A stretch of DNA of 64,000 nucleotides, from the NCBI RefSeq assembly GCF_902652985.1, contig NC_047026.1:36456001-36520000 (forward strand), in the 5' to 3' direction. A program made the translations under genes and the position numbers. The stretch is from Pecten maximus. Lineage: Eukaryota. This document shows, one piece after another, positions 14,561-28,200 of the stretch; position 1 is the stretch's first letter, and every line of letters starts with the position of its first letter. The notes beneath the pieces are model-generated. The model saw nothing but the letters and a program-made list of their open reading frames with translations, was not told the DNA's origin and searched no databases.

Positions 14561-16511
14561 ATACGGGGAGTATACACTATCTGTAAAAATTACGGGGAGT
14601 ATACACTACCTGTTAACACTACGGGGGATATACACTACCTGTTAACACTACGGGGAGTATATACTACCTGTAAACACTACGGGGAGTATATACTACCTGT
14701 AAACACTACGAGGAGTATATACTACCTGTAAACACAACGAGGAGTATAACTACCTGTAAACACTACGGGGAGTATACACTACCTGTAAACACTACGGGGG
14801 ATATACACTACCTGTAAACACTACGGGGAGTATACACTACCTGTAAACACAACGGGGAGTATAACTACCTGTAAACACTACGGGGAGTATACACTACCAG
14901 TAAACACTACGGGGGATATACACTACCTGTAAACACTACGGGGAGTATAACTACCTGTAAACACAACGGGAAGTATAACTACCTGTAAACACTACGGGAC
15001 GGTAAACACTACCTGTAAACACTACGGGGCGGTATACACTACCTGTAAACACTACGGGGAGTATACATTACCTGTAAACACTACGGGGGATATACACTAC
15101 CTGTAAACACTACGGGAAGTATACACTACCTGTAAACACTACGGGGAGTATAACTACCTGTAAACACTACGGGGAGTATACACTACCTGTAAACACTACG
15201 GGGAGTATACACTACCTGTAAACACTACGGGGATATACACTACCTGTAAACACTACGGGGAGTATACACTACCTGTAAACACCACGGGAAGTATACACTA
15301 CCTGTAAACACTACGGGGATATACACTACCTGTAAAAACTACGGGGAGTATACACTACCTGTAAACACTACGGGGAGTATATACAATACCTGTAAACACT
15401 ACGGGACGGTAAACACTACCTGTAAACACTACGGGGATATACAATACCTGTAAACACTACGGGAAGTATATGCAATACCTGTAAACACTACGAGACGGTA
15501 AACACTACCTGTAAACACTACGGGGGATATACAATACCTGTAAACACTACGGGGCGGTATACACCACCTGTAAACACTACGGGGAGTATACATTACCTGT
15601 AAACACTACGGGAAGTATACACTACCTGTAAACACTACGGGGCGGTATACACTACCTGTAAACACTACGGGGAGTATGCACTACCTGTAAACACTACGGG
15701 AAGTATACACTACCTGTAAACACTACGGGGCGGTATACACTACCTGTAAACACTACGGGGAGTATATACTACCTGTAAACACAACGGGGAGTATACACTA
15801 CCTGTAAACACTACAGGGAGTATACACTACCTGTAAACACTACGGGGGATATACACTACCTGTAAACACTACGAGGAGTATAACTACCTGTAAACACTAC
15901 GGGGAGTATACACTACCTGTAAACACTACGGGGGATATACACTACCTGTAAACACTACGAGGAGTATAACTACCTGTAAACACTACGGGGGATATACACT
16001 ACCTGTAAACACTACGGGGGATATACACTACCTGTAAACACTACGGGGAGTATACACTACCTGTAAACACTACGGGGCGGTATACACTACCTGTAAACAC
16101 TACGGGGGATATACACTACCTGTCAACACTACGGGGAGTATACACTACCTGTAAACACTACGGGGCGGTATACACTACCTGTAAACACTACGGGGGATAT
16201 ACACTACCTGTAAACACTACGGGGCGGTATATACTACCTGTAAACACTACGGGGCGGTATACACTACCTGTAAACACAACGGGGAGTATATACTACCTGT
16301 AAACACAACGGGGAGTATAACTACCTGTAAACACTACGGGGAATATACACTACCTGTAAACACTACGGGGCGGTATACAATATCTGTAAACACTACGGGG
16401 CGGTATACACTACCTGTAAACACTACGGGGAGTATACACTACCTGTAAACACTACGGGGAGTATACACTACCTGTAAACACTACGGGGCGGTATACACTA
16501 CCTGTAAACAC
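14561..16511. repeat. 28-29-bp minisatellite (CACTACCTGTAAACACTACGGGGAGTATA)n, ~67 copies
   Basis: Period 29 (15181 to 15210). Confidence 0.97.
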
Positions 16512-18684
16512 TTACATCGTGTCCTCCCTTGTTCCTAGTGTTTGGATGGTAGCAGATAAATCTCCTTCGAATCAATCGCATACACATTCATAGTATAATC
16601 CTTCACTGAATATGGAAATAAGAAACAGCCTTCAAATGTAGTTTGGTTCGGGTTCTTTGTGCATCTAGCTTTTGTTTTAATATCTCTTCTCTCGCCATTG
16701 TCATAACTAGGCCCTATATCCATGATGTTTGGGGTGCGTGGTGTATTATATACAGTGTTCCTGTGGATCCTGTGGTCGCCTTTATACCCTCCACCACAGT
16801 TGTAGCCCCTCGGCCTTTAGCCAAGTAGACAAATGGATGGCTAACTGCTAAGTCAATGCAAGAATAAAATCCGTTATTCATTAGGTTTTCTCCATAAGTA
16901 ACTAAGAAATTTTAGCTGTTGAAACCACATGTTAATCAGAGAAGAAAGTCTTCTCACGTTAAACGAGGGTAAGTCGATCTGTTTATCCTACGAGATGGAT
17001 GCAATTAGATGGGGTGGCCGAATGCCAGCACTATCCGGCGTAGTGTCTGACTAAGGCCTAGACCAGACACACACAGGCTAATAAGATGGTAGCTTACTTT
17101 CAAAATGTATCCCTAAAACTGATTGTCCGTGTCATATCACAACTCTCACAACTTCCTCGATGCGTTCCTCTCCAGGATCGGTGTCTGTAGGTTAACTTTA
17201 AATTATCACGCTATAACAACAAGTTTATCCGTTCGGCAAATTTAACATAGCCCATACTATATTTATGTTCGCTACGTTCTAACCGCATGAAAAACGTCCA
17301 CATTCTTCAGAGCAGCAGAATCATACTGTGGTCTGAGGTCATTCAATCATAAGGCTTTTAGTAGCCTTTTTACATCAGAAAATTGTTTAATTACAGTTAT
17401 AATGAAGGGTTCTAATCGGATGTTTAAATATAAAAAATTCCAACTTTAATAATTGAACTCAATATCGTCCAGTGAATTTATCAATATTGTTTTGTATATA
17501 GCACATACGGTATGCTGATCCTACATATAATTAGCATGAGATCATGTTGTGTAGTACTGACCCATGGCTAGAAAACAACGACATTTGTTACCTTACCATG
17601 TTATTAAATGCTATTCTCAACAAATCCTTTTATAACCGAATGATTTCAACATCAAGCTTTCTTTTTTATTCCAGAACCTTCCAACATTACACTATAGACA
17701 ATTTACAGTTACGTAATACGGCCCCGTTACTTCTAAGTTTTTATGGTCACACTCCGTATGACGAATCTACAAGAATAAAAATCTTCTAAAAAAGCGAACC
17801 TAGTAAATGTATTTGTTGCAGTACAATATTGTGTATCAGAATATTCTGAATGAAGTTACACTCTGTATACTTAAGGCCGTATAAATGGATTTCGTACTTA
17901 TAAGTTCATAAATCAAAGGTAGAGTGCGTACGTTTTGTAATCTGGGCTAGTGTGTGTGTGTTGATACATGTATAATATGATACTGCACGTGGGTAGAATT
18001 ACAACGAAAACATGTGTGTACACTTAATAGTCTATACCGCTTAGTTAACCCTTGCGTATTGCTTCTATAACTTGTAATAAGACGAAAATTAAACTTTGTG
18101 CACACGGATGTTATTTCCATAATAAACCAGCTATTATATGTGAACGGAATATGTCGATGTGAGACGAGGCTGTTTTACCAGTAAGACACACCTTGTTTTA
18201 AGACAATACTAAATGTCTTTTTTCCTTTATCGTACTGTTAAATTTTACACGCGATGGAGTTACCAGTTGTATATCTAAATTGATAATTAGCCTTGGTGAG
18301 TCATTACTTAAACAATAGAGCGCATGGCGATAACGTCCAGTATCAAAAGTTAGCCAGCTTACTTACAATGTACTAGTTAAATATACGCATTAGCACTCAA
18401 TGCATGTACCAAGCCTTTCAACCTTAAAGCAAAATCTGTTGGTATATTTTCACAATTGTCCAAATTCAAAACAGAGTAAAACGGATGCGTAAATAAATCA
18501 TGTAGCTACACTAAATCATATCAGCCACTGAATCAAAATCAGTATGAAGTGGACTCACCTGTTATATTAGGTATCAAGTTATAATTGTATCAGGACGTAT
18601 CAAGTATAAAGCGGTGTTAATACATGTAGGTATATCAGTTAAGTATATAGTGGTGTTAATAGGTCTATCAGTTAAGTATACAAT

Positions 18685-20290
18685 TGTATCGGTATGGAGG
18701 TTAGTGTAGTTATAACAGTAGAGAGGTTAGTATAGTTGTATCGGTAGGGAGGTTAGTATAGTTGTATCGGTAGGGAGGTTAGTGTAGTTATAACAGTAGA
18801 GAGGTTAGTATAGTTGTATCGGTAGGGAGGTTAGTATAGTTATATCAGTAGGGAGGTTAGTATAGTTATATCAGTAGAGAGGTTAGTATAGTTGTATCGG
18901 TAGGGAGGTTAGTGTAGTTGTATCAGTAGGGAGGTTAGTATAGTTGTATCAGTAGGGAGGTTAGTATAGTTGTATCAGTAGGGAGGTTAGTATAGTTATA
19001 TCAGTAGGGAGGTTAGTGTAGTTATATCAGTAGGGAGGTTAGTGTAGTTGTATCAGTAGGGAGGTTAGTGTAGTTGTATCGGTAGAGAGGTTAGTATAGT
19101 TGTATCAGTAGGGAGGTTAGTGTAGTTGTATCGGTAGGGAGGTTAATGTAGTTATATCAGTAGGGAGGTTAGTGTAGTTGTATCGGTAGGGAGGTTAGTA
19201 TAGTTGTATCGGTAGGGAGGTTAGTATAGTTGTATCAGTAGGGAGGTTAGTGTAGTTATATCAGTAGGGAGGTTAGTGTAGTTGTATCGGTAGGGAGGTT
19301 AGTATAGTTATATCAGTAGGGAGGTTAGTATAGTTGTATCAGTAGGGAGGTTAGTATAGTTATATCAGTAGGGAGGTTAGTTTAGATGTATCGGTAGGGA
19401 GGTTAGTATAGTTGTATCGGTAGGGAGGTTAGTATAGTTGTATCGGTAGGGAGGTTAGTGTAGTTGTATCAGTAGGGAGGTTAGTATAGTTGTATCAGTA
19501 GGGAGGTTAGTATAGTTGTATCAGTAGGGAGGTTAGTATAGTTATATCAGTAGGGAGGTTAGTATAGTTATATCAGTAGGGAGGTTAGTGTAGTTATATC
19601 AGTAGGGAGGTTAGTATAGTTATATCAGTAGGGAGGTTAGTGTAGTTATATCGGTAGGGAGGTTAGTATAGTTGTATCAGTAGGGAGGTTAGTATAGTTG
19701 TATCAGTAGGGAGGTTAGTGTAGTTGTATCGGTAGAGAGGTTAGTATAGTTGTATCAGTAGGGAGGTTAGTATAGTTGTATCGGTAGGGAGGTTAGTATA
19801 GTTGTATCGGTAGGGAGGTTAGTACAGTTATATCAGTAGGGAGGTTAGTACAGTTGTATCAGTAGGGAGGTTAGTATAGTTGTATCGGTAGGGAGGTTAG
19901 TATAGTTGTATCAGTAGGGAGGTTAGTATAGTTATATCAGTAGGGAGGTTAGTATAGTTGTATCGGTAGGGAGGTTAGTATAGTTGTATCGGTAGGGAGG
20001 TTAGTACAGTTATATCAGTAGGGAGGTTAGTACAGTTGTATCAGTAGGGAGGTTAGTGTAGTTGTATCGGTAGAGAGGTTAGTATAGTTGTATCAGTAGG
20101 GAGGTTAGTATAGTTATATCAGTAGGGAGGTTAGTATAGTTGTATCGGTAGGGAGGTTAGTATAGTTGTATCGGTAGGGAGGTTAGTACAGTTATATCAG
20201 TAGGGAGGTTAGTACAGTTGTATCAGTAGGGAGGTTAGTACAGTTGTATCGGTAGGGAGGCTAGTGTAGTTGTATCGGTAGGGAGGGTAG
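18685..20290. repeat. 26-bp minisatellite (GTAGGGAGGTTAGTATAGTTGTATCR)n, ~61 copies
   Basis: Period 26 (19441 to 19467). Strongly G/T-skewed on the + strand. Confidence 0.97.
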
Positions 20291-21657
20291 TAAAGTGTGA
20301 ACTTGTACTTTTACAAATGTAGAGAGATAAGTGAATTGTAGAGTTGTATGATTAGGTAGAATATTTAAGATAAAAAACTGTAACAGTATCAGACCAAAAA
20401 AGCCTTGAATATATATTTAGGAAATTAGATAGATATTTAGTTGCATCAAAAGTTAGAATATTTAGGTATAAAACTGCAGGTAGGTAGGTAAAAACTGTAT
20501 CACTATATAGACCAAAGCTTTAGAATATATATTTATGCAATAAACCTAAGTATTACAAAAAGTATTTGTTACCATTCATTTAAAGTCAGCGTGGAAAAAA
20601 ATACATCGTGCAAGAACGTAAAACCCAAACATGATGCTCAGAATATATTTCCTAATACTTCATTTGAAATAAATGTTTTAATGAACAATTCCAGTTAAAC
20701 CTTGATCCGATATGAATTGGAGCCTATCTGATGACATATAAACCAACGTATGTCGCTGGTAATAAACGTCATTATCGACAGTAAAATTTCGAAACATGCA
20801 AACAACACGTTTCACATGGTATGAAGTCAATGATAGCTCTTAATCTATTATAAGTATTGTTATTTTACGTTACCTTCTTATTTTACCTTCTATGTATATT
20901 TCATTATACACGTTCATAAGCACGTCAATCCATGTCCTCAAAGTGAGAATCGTGGTAATGACAACGGAACCGTAAACACATGTAACAGTCAAACTTCACC
21001 ATTTTTTATCTCGATTATCTTTAATGCATGTGTTGTTTGCTTGCTTTTTGTTTTTGCTTGATGTTTTTGTTTTCGCTGTCAGCAGCCAACGTCTATCATA
21101 GAAATTGTCATATTGGGTAGCCCTCGAACCAACTAAGATATCCTATCAGTAGAACAGGACAAATTACAAATTCTTGAATATCACATATTCCACTCGAACT
21201 GCAAGCTTCAATGTTTTAACGAGTGCGTCATCATTACTGGCATAACCTTGAATGATTGATGGTATTCAGTGGTTAACCATTAGGCCTCTATATCTCTCGT
21301 GGAGCATAATGGTACATATATGTTGTAGATACCCATAGAAAAACCTATGTAAATTCAATAATGGATTTCACACGAGTGTTCCTGTAATATTGGATTTATT
21401 GAACGAGATGGTACAGTATGTTAGGTTGTAAATTGTACGTATTCCATCACTCGAGAAAAGCAGACCTATATCTGTAACAACACGTCAAACAAAGAGAACA
21501 CTACTACATCTTTCTATATGACGAACACCTTTGAAATGGCTTAAGAAGCAGGTCGTTACTGTGCAGTCGAAGTTCATCAGTTTACACGCTTAGCATGATT
21601 ATATATTACAGTATCCATTGAATCAAAATATTGGATTATAAATAGATTTATGGGTTA

Positions 21658-21870
21658 GGGGCCGCGATGGCCGAGTGGTTTAGGTGTCCCGACACTTTAT
21701 CACTAGCCCTTCACCTCTGGGCTGCGAGTTCGAAACCTACGTGGGGCAGTTGCCAGGTACTGACCGTAGGCCGGTGGTTTTTCTCCGGGTACTCCGGCTT
21801 TGCTCCACCTCCAAAACCTGACACGTCCTTAAATGACACTGGCTGTTAATAGGACGTTAAAGAAAAACAA
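21658..21870 (+). mobile_element. tRNA-derived SINE with V-domain-like core (copy 1)
   Basis: Pol III A box TGGCCGAGTGG and B box GAGTTCGAAAC. Core GGTTTTTCTCCGGGTACTCCGGCTTT. Tail GTCCTTAAATGACACTGGCTGTTAATAGGACGTTAAA. Two more copies in the window. Confidence 0.9.
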
Positions 21871-22164
21871 AGATTCAAATGTACAATTGCTTTCACCGTA
21901 ATTCTTGTACTTCTTCATATTTTGTTGATGAAAACCCTAGACACATTTCATTCAATTATGTTAAATGTGATAATATTTGAAGAACTTAATAATACATAGA
22001 TTTGACAGAGATTTAAATTACGCCGGAGACGAAGAAGCCGTTTACCCTTCCAAAACACATGGTCTGAACCTCATTGAATTTCTTCGATAGTGTTTGAATT
22101 AATCTGATTTTGTTTAGATCTCGCAGTCAATTTAACGATTTAAAATTAAAATAACAGTTTACAT

Positions 22165-23021
22165 ATCGAGTTCTTATTATCTTGTTTGATGAACGGGTCC
22201 TTATTCTCTTGTTTGATTAACGAGTCATTACTGTTTTGTTTGATTAACGAGTCATTACTGTTTGTTTGATTAACGAGTCATTACTGTCTTGTTTGATTAA
22301 CAAGTCATTACTGTCTTGTTTGATTAACGAGTCATTACTGTTTTGTTTGATTAACGAGTCATTACTGTCTTGTTTGATTAACGAATCATTACTGTCTTGT
22401 TTGATTAAGGAGTCCTTATTGTTTTGTTTGATTAACGAGTCCTTATTGTTTTGTTTGATTAACGAGTCCTTATTGTTTTGTTTGATTAACGAGTCCTTAT
22501 TGTCTTGTTTGATTAACGAGTCCTTATTGTTTTGTTAAATTAACGAGTCCTTATTGTTTTGTTTGATTAACGAGTCCTTATTGTTTTGTTTGATTAACGA
22601 GTCCTTATTGTCTTGTTTGATTAACGAGTCCTTATTGTTTTGTTTGATTAACGAGTCATTATTATCTTGTTTGATTAACGAGTCCTTATTGTCTTGTTTG
22701 ATTAACGAGTCATTATTGTTTTGTTTGATTAACGAGTCCTTATTGTCTTGTTTGATTAACGAGTCCTTATTGTCTTGTTTGATTAACGAGTCATTATTGT
22801 CTTGTTTTATTAACGAGTCCTTATTGTCTTGTTTGATTAACGAGTCCTTATTCTCTTGTTTGATGAACGGGTCCTTATTGTCTTGTTTTATTAACGAGTT
22901 CTTATTATCTTGTTTACATAACGAGTCCTTATTCTCTTGTTTACATAACGAGCCCTTATTCTCTTGTTTACATAACGAGTCCTTATTCTCTTGTTTACAT
23001 AACGAGTCCTTATTGTCTTGT
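22165..23021. repeat. 27-bp minisatellite (TTGTTTGATTAACGAGTCCTTATTGTC)n, ~31 copies
   Basis: Tandem unit read directly. Explains the (LINESLLSC)n ORFs. Confidence 0.96.
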
Positions 23022-23207
23022 TCTGGAGTGATTTAGGTCGGAAAAAGTAACCGTAATCCAAACTCAAAACCAATAAAACGAGGACAAATACGAAAAAAAT
23101 TAAAAATAGAGATTAAGATTGATGTGGCTATCATTGAAAACATACCAGGAATGTCAGACTAGACTAAGCGTCTTCATCGACGCTACCGATGGTTAAGTAT
23201 CAAAGTG

Positions 23208-25225
23208 AGAACTAGGGTGGTGACAACGTAACTACTAGGTATATCAACAACCACAGAACTAGGGTGGTGACAACGGAACCACCATGTATATCAACAACCA
23301 CAGAACTAGGGTAGTGACAACGGAACCACCAGGTATATCAACAACCACAGAACTAGGGTAGTGACAACGGAACCACCAGGTATATCAACAACCACATAAC
23401 TAGGGTGGTGACAACGGAACCACCATGTATATCAACAACCACAAAACTAGGGTAGTGACAACGGAACCACCATGTATATCAACAACCACAGAACTAGGGT
23501 GGTGACAACGGAACCACCATGTATATCAACAACCACAGAACTAGGGTGGTGACAACGGAACCACCATGTATATCAACAACCACAGAACTAGGGTGGTGAC
23601 AACGGAACCACCAGGTATATCAACAACCACAGAACTAGGGTAGTGACAGCGGAACCACCAGGTATATCAACAACCACAGAACTAGGGTAGTGACAACGGA
23701 ACCACCAGGTATATCAACAACCACAGAACTAGGGTAGTGACAACGGAACCACTAGGTATATCAACAACCACAGAACTAGGGTGGTGACAACGGAACTACT
23801 AGGTATATCTACAACCACATAACTAGGGTAGTGACAACGGAACCACCAGGTATATCAACAACCACAGAACTAGGGTAGTGACAACGGAACCACTAGGTAT
23901 ATCAACAACCACAGAACTAGGGTAGTGACAACGGAACCACCAGGTATATCAACAACCACAGAACTAGGGTGGTGATAACAGAACCACTAGGTATATCAAT
24001 AACCTCAGAACTAGGGTGGTGACAACGGAACCACCAGCTATATCAACAACCACAGAACTAGGGTAGTGATAACGGAACCACTAGGTATATCAATAACCTC
24101 AGAACTAGGGTGGTGACAACGGAACCACCAGGTATATCAACAACCACAGAACTAGGGTGGTGATAACGGAACCACTAGGTATATCAATAACCACAGAACT
24201 AGGGTAGTCACAACGGAACCACCAGGTATATCAACAACCACAGAACTAGGGTGGTGACAACGGAACCACCAGGTATATCAACAACCACAGAACTAGGGTA
24301 GTGACAACGGAACCACCAGGTATATCAACAACCACAGAACTAGGGTAGTGACAACGGAACCACCAGGTATATCAACAACCACAGAACTAGGGTGGTGACA
24401 ACGGAACCACCAGGTATATCAACAACCACAGAACTAGGGTGGTGACAACGGAACCACCAGGTATATCAACAACCACAGAACTAGGGTAGTGACAACGGAA
24501 CCACCAGGTATATCAACAACCACAGAACTAGGGTAGTGACAGCGGAACTACTAGGTATATCAACAACTACAGAACTAGGGTAGTGACAACGGAACCACCA
24601 GGTATATCAACAACCACAGAACTAGGGTGGTGACAGCGGAACCACCAGGTATATCAACAACCACAGAACTAGGGTAGTGACAACGGAACCACCAGGTATA
24701 TCAACAACCACAGAACTAGGGTGGTGACAACTGAACTACTAGGTATATCAACAACCACAGAACTAGGGTAGTCACAACGGAACCACCAGGTATATCAACA
24801 ACCACAGAACTAGGGTGGTGACAACGGAACCACCAGGTATATCAACAACCACAGAACTAGTGTGGTGACAACGGAACCACCAGGTATATCAACAACCACA
24901 GAACTAGTGTGGTGACAACGGAACCACTAGGTATATCAACAACCACAGAACTAGGGTGGTGACAACTGAACTACTAGGTATATCAACAACCACAGAACTA
25001 GGGTAGTCACAACGGAACCACCAGGTATATCAACAACCACAGAACTAGGGTAGTGACAACGGAACCACTAGGTATATCAACAACCACAGAACTAGTGTGG
25101 TGACAACGGAACCACCAGGTATAACAACAACCACAGAACTAGGGTAGTAACAACGGAGCCACCAGGTATATCAACAACCACAGAACTAGGGTGGTGACAA
25201 CAGAACCACCAGGTATATCAACAAA
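23208..25225. repeat. 47-bp minisatellite (AGAACTAGGGTGGTGACAACGGAACCACCAGGTATATCAACAACCAC)n, ~43 copies
   Basis: Period 47 (24241 to 24288). Confidence 0.97.
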
Positions 25226-27489
25226 CATGAAACAGTTCTTACTTGATGTCATACAAGGAAATAGAATACTTCTATTTGAGATCATGATGGCGACCATTAA
25301 ATCTCTCTGGGAACCTTGTCGGTCATTCGGACAATTCTGAAATTTGTGTACGAAAACTGTGAATGTATTATAGTGTATCAAAACATCTCACTTCATATCC
25401 TGCACGGAAATGGTATGTCCATTTCTTACCATGGTAGCACATACCAACACTCTATTATCAAAACTCGAAGAGACAAAAACAACTTTTGACTCCTGGACAA
25501 ATAGGTGTAGAGCACGCAATGCAATACAACCTACCTACACAGCAGTGTGAAAATACTTATTTTAATTAGGTAATCAAAATTTTGGTAGTAATCGTCGACA
25601 AACACATCACATCATTTACGGTATTGCTTTTTTCTAGACGCCATAGACTTACGTAAGTTTAATGAACAGACCCTATCGCCCGCTTTACAGAATAATAATA
25701 CACGTGTAGGGGAGAGGCAACAAATCAACAAACACTCTGAGTGGTTACATGAACACGTATTCATAGTGGAGACATGGTAAGCATGGGCTTATTACAATTG
25801 CAAATATAGAATCATTACATTAAACATTAGCCACAATAACACATAAACTTCCTCCCCCTGGCCTTGTGGTGAACTAGTGTTGTTTTTGTACGGAAAGTAA
25901 ATGACCGCATTTCGCAAGTACGAATATAACTGGGTTATCGGTCTGGGACAAGTTAACATAATTCACTGAAGGCTGAACGTATAGGAGATCAACGATGTAC
26001 TCATACAGGTTACCAGTGTTAACAATACAAACAATACCTTATAACACTAACATATCTGTACAACTAAAACTGATATACAATCAAACCTAACACAAAGCCA
26101 AACTAGCACTACAGGTAACACACTTCCATCAACCAGATGTACCTCCAACTAAATACATAATGACAAGTGATTCCTCAGTAACATCACAACAACCAATATT
26201 AAACTGTCCGTAATGTACAGTGAAGTGGTATTCTACACAATGTTCTATTTGGTCATCGATGGTAATATATTAAATTAATGTACTGACAAACATGTCACAA
26301 CCACTACAACTAGAGATGCAGCTGATAAGATCTGTGAGCGACTAGGGTAAACCTTACTAACTGAACACCAGTGTTTGAAGTTTATCAAAATCCAGTTAAT
26401 ACACAAGCTGGGAGTTTTCGTTTCACTAACTTATGACAAAGATATACGATTTGGTGGTTTTCAACGCGCGGGCTATTGGGGTATTCAACAGGTGGTTCTT
26501 TAGCGTAGTGTACCTCCTAATGGGAACACACGAGGCATAATGTCTTTGAACTTGAAAATGCATTGTGCAGGTTGTCTGTATGTTAATTCATCAAAGTAGT
26601 GAAAGTAGTAACTCTCACTGGATATCAGACCCTGTATTCAAACTACACACAGGCTACCTGATACCAGTCAAATGGAATCGGATTATATATAAACAGGCAC
26701 TAAATACAGAAGGAAAACAGGAGAGTATAATGGAAATCATTTACCACGACAGTCGCTGCGCTCCAGAGGGACCACACAGGACCGGCCTGCAGTAGTCAAT
26801 CTTTTTGATTACATATAAATGAATACACGAAACGCCTTGTAATACATAGAACGATAAAGTAATAAAGAAAACACTATCAGTAAAATATCAGAGCTCCAAA
26901 CACAACAACAATAATACAAGACAAGCAATCAGCAAATCCACTTAACGACGCATCTAATGTTAATACTATCAAGAAATAAAATGGAAGGAACATTTCATTG
27001 TATTGATAAAGTTCAAAACCTGTATAAAAGATATTAAATCAGACAAAAACACAACAGAAATGAGGAGATACCATAGCAGATGAAAAGGCAACGACAGAAC
27101 GTTAGGAGACATGACTTTAACAGAAGAAAGGGAATTTTAGCGATACCGCAGTAAAACAAAACAACAGCATGAATTGTGAGGACAACAACCTACTGATCAT
27201 GAACACAAGGAAGAAACAGCACACCAAAACATTAGAGAGAAACACAACGACCATCGGATAGAAACACTCTTCACGTCCAATAAACAATATAACATTCTGT
27301 TCTGTCTGATTTATCTTTACTTTTAATATTGTATCTGTGATATCAGGCAATTATAATGAGTTATGCTGACTTTGCAATGTGAAGTATGTATTACAGGTTA
27401 TCTAACATGTCCTAAGGCGGGGGGTTTATCTACGTAAGTGACGCCATATATCCTGGCTCACACCTCCAAATTTTATTCAGGTATTAGTC

Positions 27490-28200
27490 TTGAGGACACA
27501 GACGGCGAGCGATGTCTGCTGTCACTGAGGACACGAACGACGATGAACAGTATAAACTAATTGTAAGCAAACAAACGAGGGGCAATATATGTTGTCGTGG
27601 GAACACAAACAACGAACGATGTATGTTGTCCTCGGAAAACAATCAAGGAACGATTTATGTTGTCGTGGGAACACAAACAACGAACGATGAATGTTGTCCT
27701 CGGAAAACAATCAAGGAACGATTTATGTTGTCCCGGGACCACACAAAACAAATGATGTATGTTGTCCTTGGAACACAAACAACGAATGATGTATGTTGTC
27801 CTTGGAACACAAACAACGAATGATGTATGTTGTCCTTGGAACACAAACAACGAATGATGTATGTTGTCCTGGGAACACAAACAACGAATGATGTATGTTG
27901 TTCCGGGAACACAAACAACGAATGATGTATGTTGTCCTTGGAACACAAACAACGAATGATGTATGTTGTCCTTGGAACACAAACAACGAATGATGTATGT
28001 TGTCCTTGGAACACAAACAACGAATGATGTATGTTGTCCTGAGAACACAAACAACGAATGATGTATGTTGTCCTTGGGGCACGAACAACGAATGATGTAT
28101 GTTTTCCCAGAAACAAACAACGAACAATGTATGTTGTCCCCGAAACAATCAACGAACGATGTCTTTTGTCCTTGGGAATACGACGACGAGGGATGTTTTT
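27490..28200. repeat. 34-bp minisatellite (GAACACAAACAACGAATGATGTATGTTGTCCTTG)n with diverged edges
   Basis: Period 34 (27841 to 27875). Homogeneous core at ~27750-28100. Confidence 0.93.

Noticed and set aside
21360-21460. Additional hairpin-cassette fragment
   Set aside because: Only one arm-like segment (CACACGAGTG...TTTATTGAACGAG) with no demonstrable partner arm.
21658-21745. Functional tRNA gene
   Set aside because: A and B boxes are present, but the sequence continues into a SINE core and tail, occurs three times (twice with clear TSDs) and shows no convincing cloverleaf.
9312-25225. CRISPR arrays
   Set aside because: Units are contiguous with no unique spacers, there are no cas genes, and the context is eukaryotic.
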